Assembly: GCA_947504725.1 (NCBI GenBank)
Contig: CANNHN010000001.1
Span: 521,425-585,424, forward strand
Length of the DNA stretch: 64,000 nucleotides
Reading direction: 5' to 3'
Source: Bacteroidota bacterium
Lineage (GTDB): Bacteria > Bacteroidota > Bacteroidia > 2-12-FULL-35-15
Notes under the pieces: generated by a model
Told to the model about the DNA's origin: nothing
Seen by the model: only the letters and a program-made list of their open reading frames with translations
The model's database searches: none
Translations under genes and position numbers: made by a program
Shown: in pieces, positions 27,349 through 38,292 of the stretch
Position numbering within the stretch: position 1 is the stretch's first letter
How the letters are laid out: every line of letters begins with the position of its first letter

Positions 27349-28479
27349 TTATTTTACAATCAATTTCTTACTATATAATTTATTTGAGCTTGAAGCCGTT
27401 ATCAAATAAACGCCTTTAGCTAATTTCCCATCTTGATTAAGAGCAACCAATTCATTATTTGATTGCGTTACTACAATCTTAGAATAAATTTCTCTACCAG
27501 TTACATCTCTTAAAACAACTAAAATTTCTTGTCCTTCAAATTGATTTAATTCAAGATAAGCTTGCGTGTTAGCATCTACTGGATTTGGAAATAAGGAAAT
27601 AGAAGATTCACCATTTGGATTGTATTCTATTGGAACAATGTTTGAATAAGAAACATGTCCGTCAAAATCAGTTTGCTTTAATCTATAATACGAGATTCCT
27701 GTATATGGGGATTTGTCGATATCAAAATAATTAATAATTGTGCTACTATTCCCTGCTCCATCTACGACAAAAACATCTTCAAAGATTTGAACATCCTTAC
27801 TTTTTTGGATTGTAAAATAGTCGTTATTCGTTTCAGTTGCTGTAATCCAAGTAAGATCTACTTGATTTGTATTTAGATGAGCCGTAAATGCTAAAAGTTC
27901 AATTGGCAAAGCTGTTAAACAATCCACTGTTGCGCTACCTCCAGTTGTCATAGTAAAATTATTACTTCCTCCTCCATAATTATTAATACAAATTCTATAA
28001 CAATTACCAGCAACTACATTTAAGTCATCGACCCATTGATTTCCACCTGCTCCTTCAGTAATATCACCCGCACCACCATTATTTGCAGTATTAATACCCG
28101 TCAATTTTGAACCACCAGAAACTACTGCATAAGAACATCTAACAGGCACAAGACCTGCTCCAATTGGACAAGCGGGATTTGGTCCCCACACAGCCCAATC
28201 CATATCATTAAAAGCACCACCACCAGGATTTAAGGTAAATCGGAAAGTTCCAGTAGTTGAAAAACAAACAGAATACCAATAGGATTTATTATTAGACTCC
28301 CCACCACCTAAGCAACCATTATTTCCAAGCCCTACAGTAACCTCAGAATCGTTTGTTCCATTAACAACTGTTCCTGCAACTCCACCACTACAAAGTGCAA
28401 CTTGTGAAGTACAATCACCTTGGGAGAAAACCGAATTAAAAAATAATAAAACGAATGATATAGTAAAGATTCTTTTCAT
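27349..28479 (-). CDS. secreted protein with C-terminal T9SS sorting domain (function unknown)
   Basis: Signal peptide, Gly/Asn-rich N-terminal domain and a T9SS CTD. Its pre-CTD module (...TETNNDYFTIQKSKD...GAGNSS...YRLKQTDFDGH...) is paralogous to that of the 1064-aa neighbour. Confidence 0.6.
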   Translation of the reverse strand: MKRIFTISFVLLFFNSVFSQGDCTSQVALCSGGVAGTVVNGTNDSEVTVGLGNNGCLGGGESNNKSYWYSVCFSTTGTFRFTLNPGGGAFNDMDWAVWGPNPACPIGAGLVPVRCSYAVVSGGSKLTGINTANNGGAGDITEGAGGNQWVDDLNVVAGNCYRICINNYGGGSNNFTMTTGGSATVDCLTALPIELLAFTAHLNTNQVDLTWITATETNNDYFTIQKSKDVQIFEDVFVVDGAGNSSTIINYFDIDKSPYTGISYYRLKQTDFDGHVSYSNIVPIEYNPNGESSISLFPNPVDANTQAYLELNQFEGQEILVVLRDVTGREIYSKIVVTQSNNELVALNQDGKLAKGVYLITASSSNKLYSKKLIVK

Positions 28480-28481
28480 AA

Positions 28482-28823
28482 TTATTGTTCTTGTTCTTTA
28501 ATTTCACATGGCGAACACAACTTCTGTTCAAATAACTCAACAGCATAACCTCTCTCATTTAGGTCATTTTTAAAAGCTTCCTGAGAAACATTTAAATCTG
28601 AATAAAATTCGAAACAATCGGACGAATCATTGAAATGAGGAAAAAATTTGAATTTTTCTTCAAGAAAAAATGCTATTTCTTTTGCTTTCCCGAAATTATC
28701 GACACCACTTAATTTAATTTTGTAAAGAAACCCATTTGGGAAAGTCTGAATCACATCCTCTTGGGCTAAACCAACCAAGGCTGAAGTAAACAGAAAAAAG
28801 AAAAGGAGTAGTTTTATTTTCAT
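28482..28823 (-). CDS. hypothetical secreted protein
   Basis: Signal peptide. 113 aa, no recognisable motif. Confidence 0.4.
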   Translation of the reverse strand: MKIKLLLFFFLFTSALVGLAQEDVIQTFPNGFLYKIKLSGVDNFGKAKEIAFFLEEKFKFFPHFNDSSDCFEFYSDLNVSQEAFKNDLNERGYAVELFEQKLCSPCEIKEQEQ

Positions 28824-28955
28824 AAAATTCGTTTAGTCTAACTTATGTAAGACAAAGACGAAATTACACAAAAAAGGTTTCAGAAAAGGTGAATCAGAGG
28901 TGAATTGTCAAAATTCGTCTGTTAATATTTAACATTGAATCGGAACGACTGAATT

Positions 28956-31900
28956 CTATCTAACGATTAGTTTTTTATTGCATACTTCTTCTTTTGAAGT
29001 TGCAGATATTACATATATCCCAGATGCTAGCTTAGATGCAGGATCAATTGCATAAATACTTCCTCCATTGTCTAAAGTAACAATCACTTTAGAATAACTT
29101 TCTCTGCCCAAAGCATCGTAAATTACAACTAAAACTTCTTCTCCCGCTTCAGCTGAAATAGATAAATTCATAGTAGTTCCATCATTGGGATTGGGAAATA
29201 AGTCAAAAGTAAAATCGCTTTCAGATGAAAAATCAACCAGTTCTAAAGCAGAATATGTAAAATTGCCGTCAAAATCTGTTTGCTTTAAACGATAGTAAGA
29301 CTGACCATTGTATGGTTGATAATCCATTAAAGAATAATTAATTGCAGCTGTACTATTTCCAGCACCATCAACAATTCCAACTTGCTCAAAACTTACACCG
29401 TCTTTTGTTTTTTCTATTGTAAAAAAATCATTGTTTGTTTCCGATAAAGTCGTCCAATCCAAACAAACGTTATTTTCGCAAACATTGGCTGTGAATCTAG
29501 TAAGTTCAATTGGCAATGGATTCCAACCTCCTAACAAACTCCCTAGCGTAAATCTGCTAAAAGAAACAAATGTTGTCGGTGAGGAAGTACAAGTAACCGT
29601 TCCGGTTAAAAAAGCACCAGCAGCATAAGCAGGGGCTCCAGATCCACCAATATCAAACCAAGTTGTTGCAGCTGCTGTAGTGTTTTTACAAATAGTCAAA
29701 AATGCTCCATCTATTACTCCATCGTTTGAGCCAAATCCTAAAGTGATTATTGGTCTGTCGGCTACACCTACTCTCAAATTTGTTGAAGGAGTCAATACAA
29801 ATCCTGCCGTTAAATATCTATCCACGTCCCAATAATGCTTATCTGAAACGGTATCAACTGTTCCTGGCAATGTCCATGCTAATGATTGGGCTGAGGCATT
29901 AAAAACTTCAGCACGATAAGTATAAGATGTAGGCGCACTATGAGAAGCCTGAAGTACGACATGTCGCCAATCTGATGCTTTCCCAATTGGAAAATTCAAT
30001 GTGCTATATCCAGCGGCATTACTAGACAATACATAATGCATTGGACCATCAACATATGAATTTGCATTACCAATATTAGCAGTTGTCGTCTCATCTGTAA
30101 GCGTTAATATATTGGTTACCGTAGTAATTATTTTTCCTAAAGTGCAAGCTAAATTATTAGTAACATTTGTAGTTGCCGCTGGAACAACATTAAGAGTAAC
30201 ACCTCCCGCACTTCCCAAAGAATTATTAATAGTAAAATTATAGAAAGTACATGCTTGTGACCCGCCAATTGTTTGCGCAGCAGTTCCGGTAAATAAAACT
30301 CGATTTGTTCCTGGAGTAAAGGTTCCACCATTTCTTGTCCAGTTGCCGCTAACGTTTGTAAGTGGAGGTGCAGTAAAAGTTCCAGCAGTTAAAAGATAAT
30401 TACCGTTAATATTAAGAGTTGAAGGTGCGAGCAAACCTGTCATATTTATACCACCTGCCGTTTGAGTTAGATTTTGTGTAGTAATTGTACCTTTGCTTCC
30501 AGCAGCTGTTAATGTATTCCCGCTTTTATTAACGACTACATTATAAAATGTTTCTGAGGTTCCTGTCCCATTGATTTGTTGATTATTTCCCCCGGTAAAT
30601 GTAACAGTATTAACGCCCGGAGTAAATGTCCCATTGTCATGTGTCCAATTTCCAGTAACATTAAAATTAGCCGGAGGCGTCCAATTGCCTTGGGTTTGCG
30701 TATAATTAGCAACATTTAAAGTAGTAATTGCACCTGTTGTACTTGTTGTGAAACCGGCAGTCATGTTAACAGTCATGTTATTAAAAGTATAACTTGCTGC
30801 TGTTCCATTAATAACTTGATTAACCGCCCCGACAAAAATAAGACCACCAGTACCAACATTAAAGTTTGCAGAATTTGAAAGATTTAATACGTAAGTTCCA
30901 TTATTTCCTAAAAGAACAATATTAGGATCAGGAGTTGCTGGTAACGTACTAAAAGTCATATTGGGATCAATAGTAATGCTAATCGCTCTTAACGTTTGAC
31001 CATCACTATTCCAAGGATTAACAGTTTTTGCAACACCTGCTTGAAAATCTAAATTAGGATAATTCGTTACAGTATAATACTGAATCCCAAAAAAGGTAGC
31101 CCCAGCTGCCGTTGCAACATAACCAAACTGAACTGTTCCAGCCGTAACAGAATAGGGTGCTATATTTGCTCCACCCAAATCAATATCAGGCTCTGCAGCA
31201 TTACAAGCACTTTCAATAATAATTATACCGCCAGACATAACAGTAGAACCACCAACATTATTTCTTAATCGAAAAGAACAATTTAATGAATAACTAATAT
31301 TTGATAAAATAATAGTACCTCCAGTCATATTAAAATCAATATAATCAGTAGCGCCTCTTTCATTAAATCCTGCACCACAATCCAATGTTCCGCTCACAAC
31401 TTGCAATTGCGGAGTTCCTCCACTTACAAGATATTCAAAATCCCTACCAGAGTTCACAGTTTGACTATATTGAACCAAAGCAATGCCTCCATTTATAAAT
31501 AATTTGCCAGACAAAGTTACATTGCCAGTAGTTCCATCCTTACACAAATTCATAGTACCTGCGTTAATCTCAATTACTACATTAAAGGGAATTGTTAGAG
31601 CTGCAGCGGCACCTGTATTGTGACAGTCTGTGAGAGTTGCAGCATTATTGTATTTCCATGTACCTCTAGTGAAGGTAAAATTAAAAACTGCTCCTGTATT
31701 TATACCAGTAATGAAATTGGCAGATTGAACATCAAGAACTGTTGTTTTTGCAGCTAAATTCATTGTGATGTTTTTTACTGTAAATGATCCAGCACCTGTT
31801 ACTGCACAATTTGTTGTCGCATCAAATATTAATGTTGAACCAGCTGCTGCAGTGAACGTACCTTGATTATCAAAATTTCCAGAAATTGTTAAACTAAATG

Positions 31901-32150
31901 CACCTGTAGTTGTTACAGAACCACCAGCAGCAATTGACAAACTAAGACAAACATCATTTGCATTGACTGTCATAGCAAAAGTACTAGGCACTGCTACATC
32001 TTCTGTTAAAAGTGGAGCATGTCCTAAAGACCAATTTCCTGGAGTTTCCCAAGCACCTGAAGTAGATGCAGTATTTGTAACTGCTGAAACTGAAAAACTA
32101 ATGCAAAAAATGGAAATGAAAAGGAGTAGCTTTTTATTCATAATTATCAT
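28956..32150 (-). CDS. large beta-helix/adhesin-like T9SS cargo protein
   Basis: 1064 aa, Thr/Gly/Asn-rich. Internal repeats GNWT..GTFTPG.N.V.FTG...Q.I.G at least three times (about nt 30260-30670 and 31800). Conserved pre-CTD module and T9SS CTD at the C-terminus. Confidence 0.6.
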   Translation of the reverse strand: MIIMNKKLLLFISIFCISFSVSAVTNTASTSGAWETPGNWSLGHAPLLTEDVAVPSTFAMTVNANDVCLSLSIAAGGSVTTTGAFSLTISGNFDNQGTFTAAAGSTLIFDATTNCAVTGAGSFTVKNITMNLAAKTTVLDVQSANFITGINTGAVFNFTFTRGTWKYNNAATLTDCHNTGAAAALTIPFNVVIEINAGTMNLCKDGTTGNVTLSGKLFINGGIALVQYSQTVNSGRDFEYLVSGGTPQLQVVSGTLDCGAGFNERGATDYIDFNMTGGTIILSNISYSLNCSFRLRNNVGGSTVMSGGIIIIESACNAAEPDIDLGGANIAPYSVTAGTVQFGYVATAAGATFFGIQYYTVTNYPNLDFQAGVAKTVNPWNSDGQTLRAISITIDPNMTFSTLPATPDPNIVLLGNNGTYVLNLSNSANFNVGTGGLIFVGAVNQVINGTAASYTFNNMTVNMTAGFTTSTTGAITTLNVANYTQTQGNWTPPANFNVTGNWTHDNGTFTPGVNTVTFTGGNNQQINGTGTSETFYNVVVNKSGNTLTAAGSKGTITTQNLTQTAGGINMTGLLAPSTLNINGNYLLTAGTFTAPPLTNVSGNWTRNGGTFTPGTNRVLFTGTAAQTIGGSQACTFYNFTINNSLGSAGGVTLNVVPAATTNVTNNLACTLGKIITTVTNILTLTDETTTANIGNANSYVDGPMHYVLSSNAAGYSTLNFPIGKASDWRHVVLQASHSAPTSYTYRAEVFNASAQSLAWTLPGTVDTVSDKHYWDVDRYLTAGFVLTPSTNLRVGVADRPIITLGFGSNDGVIDGAFLTICKNTTAAATTWFDIGGSGAPAYAAGAFLTGTVTCTSSPTTFVSFSRFTLGSLLGGWNPLPIELTRFTANVCENNVCLDWTTLSETNNDFFTIEKTKDGVSFEQVGIVDGAGNSTAAINYSLMDYQPYNGQSYYRLKQTDFDGNFTYSALELVDFSSESDFTFDLFPNPNDGTTMNLSISAEAGEEVLVVIYDALGRESYSKVIVTLDNGGSIYAIDPASKLASGIYVISATSKEEVCNKKLIVR

Positions 32151-32313
32151 TATTGTCTCACAAATGTAAGGTTTAGACTAAAATACACCAAAAAAGGTTG
32201 CACCAAAAAAGAATTAGCGGTAAATTATCAATATTAGCATATTACCAACGTTTGCTTAACAGATCAAAGCATTAGAATTTAACACAATTTAGTTTCAGAA
32301 AATCTAGAAATTT

Positions 32314-33879
32314 CTATCCCGTAAACTCTCCAAACACATTTCGCATCGTATCGGCAATTTCGCCAAGTGTAGCGTAATTCTCAGCAGATTCAAGAATTAT
32401 AGGCATTAGGTTCACCTCTGCTCGGGCATTTTCATCTAATTTTTTGAGCAAGGATGCTACTTTTTCGTTGTCCCTTTCCGACTTCACTTTATTGATTTTG
32501 TCAATTTGTAATTGACGAATAGAGTCATCAACAGTAAAAATATCTTTCAAAGGCGCTTCTTCACTGGTGAACTTATTCACTCCAACAATCACTTTCTCTC
32601 CGGTTTGTATATCGTTTTGATATTTATAGGCTGAAGCTGCAATTTCATTTTGCATATAGCCTTGTTCTATTGCAGCTACTGACCCACCCATAGCATCAAT
32701 TTTATTTATATAATCCCATGCTGCTGCTTCTACTTCATTCGTTAATGCTTCTACAAAATAAGAACCAGCTAATGGATCAACCGTTTCAACAATGCCACTT
32801 TCAAATCCAATAATTTGTTGCGTTCTTAAGGCTATTCGTGCAGCTTCTTCCGTTGGAAGTGCAATTGCTTCGTCATAACCATTTGTATGCAAACTTTGCG
32901 TGCCACCTAAAACAGCCGACATCGCCTGAATCGTTACCCTCGGAATATTGTTATGTGGTTGTTGAGCAGTTAGTGTTGAACCACCTGTTTGTGTATGAAA
33001 TCGCAACATCTGTGCTTTAGGGTCAGTTGCTCCTAAATCCTTGGTGATTTTTGCCCACATTCTTCGCGCTGCTCTGAACTTTGCAACCTCTTCAAACATG
33101 TTATTATGAGCATTAAAAAAGAACGACAATCGCTTAGCAAAAACATTGATATCCAATCCTTTATCTATAGCTGCCTTAAGGTATGCTTTACCGTTTGCCA
33201 ACGTAAAAGCCAGCTCCTGAACTGCTGTTGAACCTGCTTCTCTGATATGATATCCTGAAATAGAAATGGTATTCCATTTTGGCACTTCTTTACTACAATA
33301 TTCAAAAATATCGGTGATAATACGCATGCTTGGCTTCGGAGGATAAATGTATGTTCCTCTTGCCGCATACTCTTTTAAAATGTCGTTTTGGATGGTTCCT
33401 GATATCTTCTTTAAATCCGCACCTTGCTTTTTAGCTAAGGCAATATACATGGATAAAAGAATAGATGCAGTTGAATTGATAGTCATGGATGTGGTAATGT
33501 TCTCCAACTTTATTCCATCAAATAAAATTTCAATGTCTCTTAATGAATCAATTGCAACTCCTGCCTTCCCTACTTCTCCATCTGCAAAATCGTGACTGCT
33601 ATCATAACCTATTTGAGTTGGCAAATCGAAGGCAACCGACAATCCCGTTGTTCCATTGTTCAATAAATAATGATAGCGTTTATTCGATTCTTCTGCTGTA
33701 GAAAAACCAGCATATTGACGCATCGTCCACAACTTGCTACGATACATCGTGGATTGCACGCCTCTTGTGAATGGAAATTCACCAGGTTGCTCCTCTTTTA
33801 CTTCAAGCTTAGAATATACACGCTTGATTTCAATATCTGAATCCGTTAAAAACTTGTCTTTTCTTTCTTTTTCTTCCAT
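32314..33879 (-). CDS. methylmalonyl-CoA mutase family, catalytic (N-terminal) domain protein
   Basis: [36 protein letters not shown] and [27 protein letters not shown] are classic methylmalonyl-CoA mutase (MCM) TIM-barrel motifs. No B12-binding DxHxxG domain in the 521 aa. Confidence 0.85.
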   Translation of the reverse strand: MEEKERKDKFLTDSDIEIKRVYSKLEVKEEQPGEFPFTRGVQSTMYRSKLWTMRQYAGFSTAEESNKRYHYLLNNGTTGLSVAFDLPTQIGYDSSHDFADGEVGKAGVAIDSLRDIEILFDGIKLENITTSMTINSTASILLSMYIALAKKQGADLKKISGTIQNDILKEYAARGTYIYPPKPSMRIITDIFEYCSKEVPKWNTISISGYHIREAGSTAVQELAFTLANGKAYLKAAIDKGLDINVFAKRLSFFFNAHNNMFEEVAKFRAARRMWAKITKDLGATDPKAQMLRFHTQTGGSTLTAQQPHNNIPRVTIQAMSAVLGGTQSLHTNGYDEAIALPTEEAARIALRTQQIIGFESGIVETVDPLAGSYFVEALTNEVEAAAWDYINKIDAMGGSVAAIEQGYMQNEIAASAYKYQNDIQTGEKVIVGVNKFTSEEAPLKDIFTVDDSIRQLQIDKINKVKSERDNEKVASLLKKLDENARAEVNLMPIILESAENYATLGEIADTMRNVFGEFTG

Positions 33880-33921
33880 AAATATATTTAACTTTTTGTC
33901 AGCCTGAGCGTAGTCGAATGG

Positions 33922-34440
33922 CTAAAATTCTTTACCAATCTCTTTTTTAATAAAATCAATAGCTGCTTTTGTAGGCATTTCCGACAATTGTGATGAAACG
34001 CCAACAATCGCCTGCGCCAATTCCATGGCTGAAGATTGATGTGTAACTCTTGTTGCTGCTACATTAATCAATTTGATTGTTTCTTCTTTTGCTTTCACAA
34101 CAGCATCCCACGACTTAGTACTCATATATATTTGCTGAGACAAATTATGCTCAAATTCGGTTCTTACTGTCTTCAATATTTCACTTTGAAAATCTTGCGC
34201 TCCACCTACTTTGTTCAAGCGCATCACCATACTGGTTGGATTAATACGCTCTAAAAATAAAATCACGCGCTCATATGCTTGCAAACGAATAGGCGTAATA
34301 ACCGTTTGATTCGCTAACTTCAAATCAACAATGCGTTTTCTGCTTTCGTGATCTAAAAAGTTTTTGACCAGATAATAAGCCGTCAAAAAAACGATTGCTG
34401 AAGGCAAAACAATTTTCATAATTTCGAATAATGGATCCAT
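33922..34440 (-). CDS. hypothetical membrane-anchored protein
   Basis: N-terminal TM helix. No recognisable motif. Confidence 0.35.
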   Translation of the reverse strand: MDPLFEIMKIVLPSAIVFLTAYYLVKNFLDHESRKRIVDLKLANQTVITPIRLQAYERVILFLERINPTSMVMRLNKVGGAQDFQSEILKTVRTEFEHNLSQQIYMSTKSWDAVVKAKEETIKLINVAATRVTHQSSAMELAQAIVGVSSQLSEMPTKAAIDFIKKEIGKEF

Positions 34441-34610
34441 AGTTCTTCTATTAGTGAGGTTTGGTATGCTTACATAATGCTTTAATTAAATTAAGATACG
34501 GCTAATCCTCTTGTTTCTTTTCAAAGGCTAAATATCGCATTTTTTTGCTAATAATTAAATACTAAAGCATATTCACTAACGAAGCATTGCAATCAATATT
34601 TTAACTAAAC

Positions 34611-35132
34611 TTGTATTCCAAAATTGAACATATGTATAGAAAAATTGAAGACTTCATTACCGACTGGACTTATGAAAGCGAAGGAACATTAAACCTTTTT
34701 AAAAATATAAGCAACGAAGCATTAAATAAAAAAGACCATGAAAACGTTAGAAGCATTGCTGTTTTAGCATGGCACATCACAATTACTTTGAACGAAATGC
34801 TGAACAAGGCAGGATTGAAAGTAACTGGTCCTGATGAACACAGCAAACCACCTACAACAATAAATGAAATAATAGTAGCGTATACTAACTCTGCAAAATC
34901 AGTAACGGAGCAAGTCACAAAACAATGGAATGACTCAAATTTACTGGAAGAAAGTAACATGTACGGGGAAATTTGGAAAAATGGTGTTACACTTTCTATT
35001 TTGATAAAACATCAGGCTCATCACCGCGGACAATTAACTATATTGATGCGTCAGGCAGGAATGTTGGTTCCAGGTGTTTACGGACCATCAAAAGAAGATT
35101 GGGCGAAATATGATATGCCTACTGCAGATTAG
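34611..35132 (+). CDS. DinB-family (DinB_2/DUF664-like) metal-dependent protein
   Basis: KHQAHHRGQL His-rich motif typical of the DinB/YfiT four-helix bundle. Confidence 0.55.
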   Translation: MYSKIEHMYRKIEDFITDWTYESEGTLNLFKNISNEALNKKDHENVRSIAVLAWHITITLNEMLNKAGLKVTGPDEHSKPPTTINEIIVAYTNSAKSVTEQVTKQWNDSNLLEESNMYGEIWKNGVTLSILIKHQAHHRGQLTILMRQAGMLVPGVYGPSKEDWAKYDMPTAD

Positions 35133-35198
35133 CTAAAAATCCAAAAATAGTAGGGAAAGAAAGAATTGATATAACATGCTTGCATAACACAATTTTAG

Positions 35199-35206
35199 TA
35201 GATTTG
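35199..35206 (+). promoter_or_regulatory. -7 box TAgaTTTG upstream of aminotransferase gene
   Basis: TAnnTTTG match 27 nt upstream of the ATG. Confidence 0.3.
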
Positions 35207-35232
35207 TGTTCTCTAAACGCTAATTAATTATT

Positions 35233-36426
35233 ATGAGCAAATTATCTGATAGAATAAATAACCTAGCAGAATCCCAAACACTTGCAATGGCTAAAAAAAG
35301 TCGTGAATTGCAAGCTCAAGGAAAAGACATTATTAGTCTGAGTATTGGTGAGCCCGATTTTAACACACCTGATTTTATAAAAGAAGCCGCCAAAAAGGCA
35401 ATCGACAATAACATCACACGTTATTCACCTGTTGCTGGTTATCCTGATTTACGCAAAGCGATTTCTGAAAAATTTAAGAGGGATAATAATTTGAATTATG
35501 CTCCCGACCAAATTGTAGTTTCTACAGGTGCAAAACAATCCATTGCAAATATTATTTTAAGTATGGTAAATCCAGGTGAAGAGGTGATTGTGCCTATTCC
35601 GTATTGGGTTAGCTATATCGAAACGATTAAATTGGCTGAAGGAACTCCTGTAACGATACCAACTTCTGTAGAATCTAATTTTAAAATTTCTCCTGAACAA
35701 CTAAAAAAAGCAATCACATCTAAAACCAAAATGATTGTTTTCAGTACTCCTTGTAATCCAAGTGGTGCAGTATATAACAAAGAGGAACTAAAAGCATTGG
35801 CTGAAGTAATTGTTCAGTATCCCGATTTATATATCATTTCTGATGAGATTTATGAATACATTAATTTCATTGGAAAACATGAAAGCATTGCTCAATTTGA
35901 TTTCATTTACGACCGCGTAATTACTGTGAATGGAGTGTCGAAAGGCTACGCGATGACCGGTTGGAGAATTGGATACATTGGCGCTCCAAAATGGATTGCT
36001 GATGCATGCGAAAAAATGCAAGGACAATTTACTTCAGGTACTTCTTCAATTTCTCAAATGGCTGCATTGGAAGCAGTAAAAGCAGATGCGTCAGTGAGCT
36101 TTGAAATGAGAGATGCTTTTAAAAAGCGTAGAGATATAATTTTAGGATTATTAAGAGAAATTCCAGGAATAAAAACAACAATTCCAGATGGAGCATTTTA
36201 TATTTTCTTCGACATTTCATCTTATTTCGGAAAATCATACAATAGCTATACAATTAAAAACTCTCACGATTTAAGTATGTTTTTATTAGAAGAGGGAAAC
36301 CTTGCTTTAGTTTCAGGGGATGCTTTTGGAGATGATAATTGTATTCGCTTCTCATACGCTGCGGCAGAAAAAACACTTATTGAAGCAGTGAAACGAATCA
36401 AAGAAACATTTGCAAAATTAAAGTAA
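35233..36426 (+). CDS. class I PLP-dependent aminotransferase (aspartate aminotransferase-like)
   Basis: NGVSKGYAMTGWRIGY (PLP-lysine motif SK..MTG.R.G). 397 aa. Confidence 0.85.
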   Translation: MSKLSDRINNLAESQTLAMAKKSRELQAQGKDIISLSIGEPDFNTPDFIKEAAKKAIDNNITRYSPVAGYPDLRKAISEKFKRDNNLNYAPDQIVVSTGAKQSIANIILSMVNPGEEVIVPIPYWVSYIETIKLAEGTPVTIPTSVESNFKISPEQLKKAITSKTKMIVFSTPCNPSGAVYNKEELKALAEVIVQYPDLYIISDEIYEYINFIGKHESIAQFDFIYDRVITVNGVSKGYAMTGWRIGYIGAPKWIADACEKMQGQFTSGTSSISQMAALEAVKADASVSFEMRDAFKKRRDIILGLLREIPGIKTTIPDGAFYIFFDISSYFGKSYNSYTIKNSHDLSMFLLEEGNLALVSGDAFGDDNCIRFSYAAAEKTLIEAVKRIKETFAKLK

Positions 36427-36496
36427 ACTCATTCGCCTGTCTATTCATTCGGCTAAGCTCAGAATGACAGTGGAAGAATAAGTAAAGAATTAAAAA

Positions 36497-37486
36497 ATGA
36501 GTACCATTCAAGATACTTTCAAAGCATTCAACAAACTCAACGTCCTTATTATTGGCGATGTAATGGTGGATGCATACATGTGGGGAAATGTAAATCGTAT
36601 TTCTCCAGAAGCACCTGTTCCAGTTGTTACAATTAACAAAAAAGAAAACCGTTTGGGTGGTGCAGCTAACGTTGCATTAAACATTCAAGCGATGGGTGCA
36701 AATGCAATTCTTTGTTCTGTAATTGGTGATGATAAGGGTGCAAAAACATTTTTAGAACTTTTAAAAGAGAATAAACTTTCTGCAAAAGGAATACTAAAAA
36801 GTAAAAAACGAATTACAACTGTTAAAACCAGAGTAATTAGTAGCAATCATCAAATGTTGCGCGTTGATGAAGAAATAGAAAGCAGTATTGACAGTAAAGA
36901 AATTCAAGCATTAATTACTGAAATAAAGAAACTAATTTCATCTCATAAAATAGATGTCATCATTTTTGAAGATTACGACAAAGGAGCAATTAATGCCGAA
37001 TTGATAAAATCAATTGTTACAATTGCAAAACAAAAAGCCATTCCAACTGTTGTAGATCCAAAGAGAAAAAACTTCATGAATTACTCAGGAGTTACTTTAT
37101 TTAAGCCTAACTTAAAAGAATTGAAAGAAGGTTTAAAAATCGATTTTGATCACAACAACATTAAAGAATTAGACAAAGTTGTAAGTGGATTTATCAAACA
37201 ACAAAATATTAATACAGCATTAATTACACTTTCTGAAAAAGGCGTGTATACACATAGCGCAAAAACAAAAGCATTGGTTCCGGCACACATTCGTAACATC
37301 TCTGATGTTTCCGGAGCGGGTGATACGGTTGTGAGTGTTGCAGCATTGTGTCTGGCTGCAAAACTTTCTCCAGTAACTACTGCAACACTTGCAAATTTAG
37401 CTGGTGGTTTGGTTTGTGAAAAAGTAGGCGTTGTTCCGATAGACAAAAAACAATTATTAGCGGAAGCCCTTAAACTAAAACTTTAA
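36497..37486 (+). CDS. D-glycero-beta-D-manno-heptose-7-phosphate kinase (HldE/RfaE domain I, PfkB family)
   Basis: VLIIGDVMVDAYMWGNVNRISPEAPVPVV matches the RfaE domain I N-terminus. PfkB C-terminal motif GAGDTVV. Confidence 0.75.
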   Translation: MSTIQDTFKAFNKLNVLIIGDVMVDAYMWGNVNRISPEAPVPVVTINKKENRLGGAANVALNIQAMGANAILCSVIGDDKGAKTFLELLKENKLSAKGILKSKKRITTVKTRVISSNHQMLRVDEEIESSIDSKEIQALITEIKKLISSHKIDVIIFEDYDKGAINAELIKSIVTIAKQKAIPTVVDPKRKNFMNYSGVTLFKPNLKELKEGLKIDFDHNNIKELDKVVSGFIKQQNINTALITLSEKGVYTHSAKTKALVPAHIRNISDVSGAGDTVVSVAALCLAAKLSPVTTATLANLAGGLVCEKVGVVPIDKKQLLAEALKLKL

Positions 37487-37518
37487 AACAAAGAACGAGC
37501 AAAAAGACAAATTAACCA

Positions 37519-38247
37519 GTGAACGAAATTGTAACACCATATAAAGATCAAACCACTAGCAAGAAAGAGCAGGTTGCGACTATGTTCAACAATATTGCTC
37601 CGAAATATGATTTACTGAATCAAATACTTTCATTGGGCATTCACAAAGGCTGGAGAAGAAAAGCTGTGAACCTTTTAAAAGAAGTAAACCCAAAAAGCAT
37701 ATTAGATATTGCAACAGGAACAGGTGATTTCGCTATTGAAGCTTTGAAATTGAATCCCGACAAAGTAGTTGGTGTTGATATTTCAGAAGGCATGCTGAAA
37801 TTTGGAGTTGAAAAAATCAACAAACTTGGATTGCAAAATAAGATTGAATTAAAATTGGGTGATTCTGAAAACCTACCATTTGCAGACAATTCTTTCGATG
37901 CCATCACTGTTGGTTTCGGAGTTCGTAATTTTGAAAACCTTGAAAAAGGTATCAATGATATTTATCGTGTATTGAGTAAAAATGGAATGATTGCAATTCT
38001 TGAATTCTCAAAACCACGCTCTTTTCCAATCAAACAAGTCTATCATTTTTATTTCCGATACATTACTCCCGCTATCGGAAAACTATTTTCAAAAGACAGT
38101 TCAGCATACACGTATTTGCCGGAATCGGTAAAGGCTTTTCCTGATGGAGAAGATTTTTTAAACGTTTTGATAAAAGCTGGATTTAAAGATACAAAGGCTA
38201 TTCCAGTTACATTCGGAATTGCTTCTATCTATATTGCAAAGAAATAA
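37519..38247 (+). CDS. ubiE: demethylmenaquinone/ubiquinone C-methyltransferase (UbiE/MenG)
   Basis: FNNIAPKYDLLNQILSLGIHKGWRR and ILDIATGTGDFAI are UbiE signatures. Confidence 0.85.
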   Translation: MNEIVTPYKDQTTSKKEQVATMFNNIAPKYDLLNQILSLGIHKGWRRKAVNLLKEVNPKSILDIATGTGDFAIEALKLNPDKVVGVDISEGMLKFGVEKINKLGLQNKIELKLGDSENLPFADNSFDAITVGFGVRNFENLEKGINDIYRVLSKNGMIAILEFSKPRSFPIKQVYHFYFRYITPAIGKLFSKDSSAYTYLPESVKAFPDGEDFLNVLIKAGFKDTKAIPVTFGIASIYIAKK

Positions 38248-38292
38248 AATAAATCAACGAAATTTACGTTAGAGTAAAGCAAAATAAAAAAA

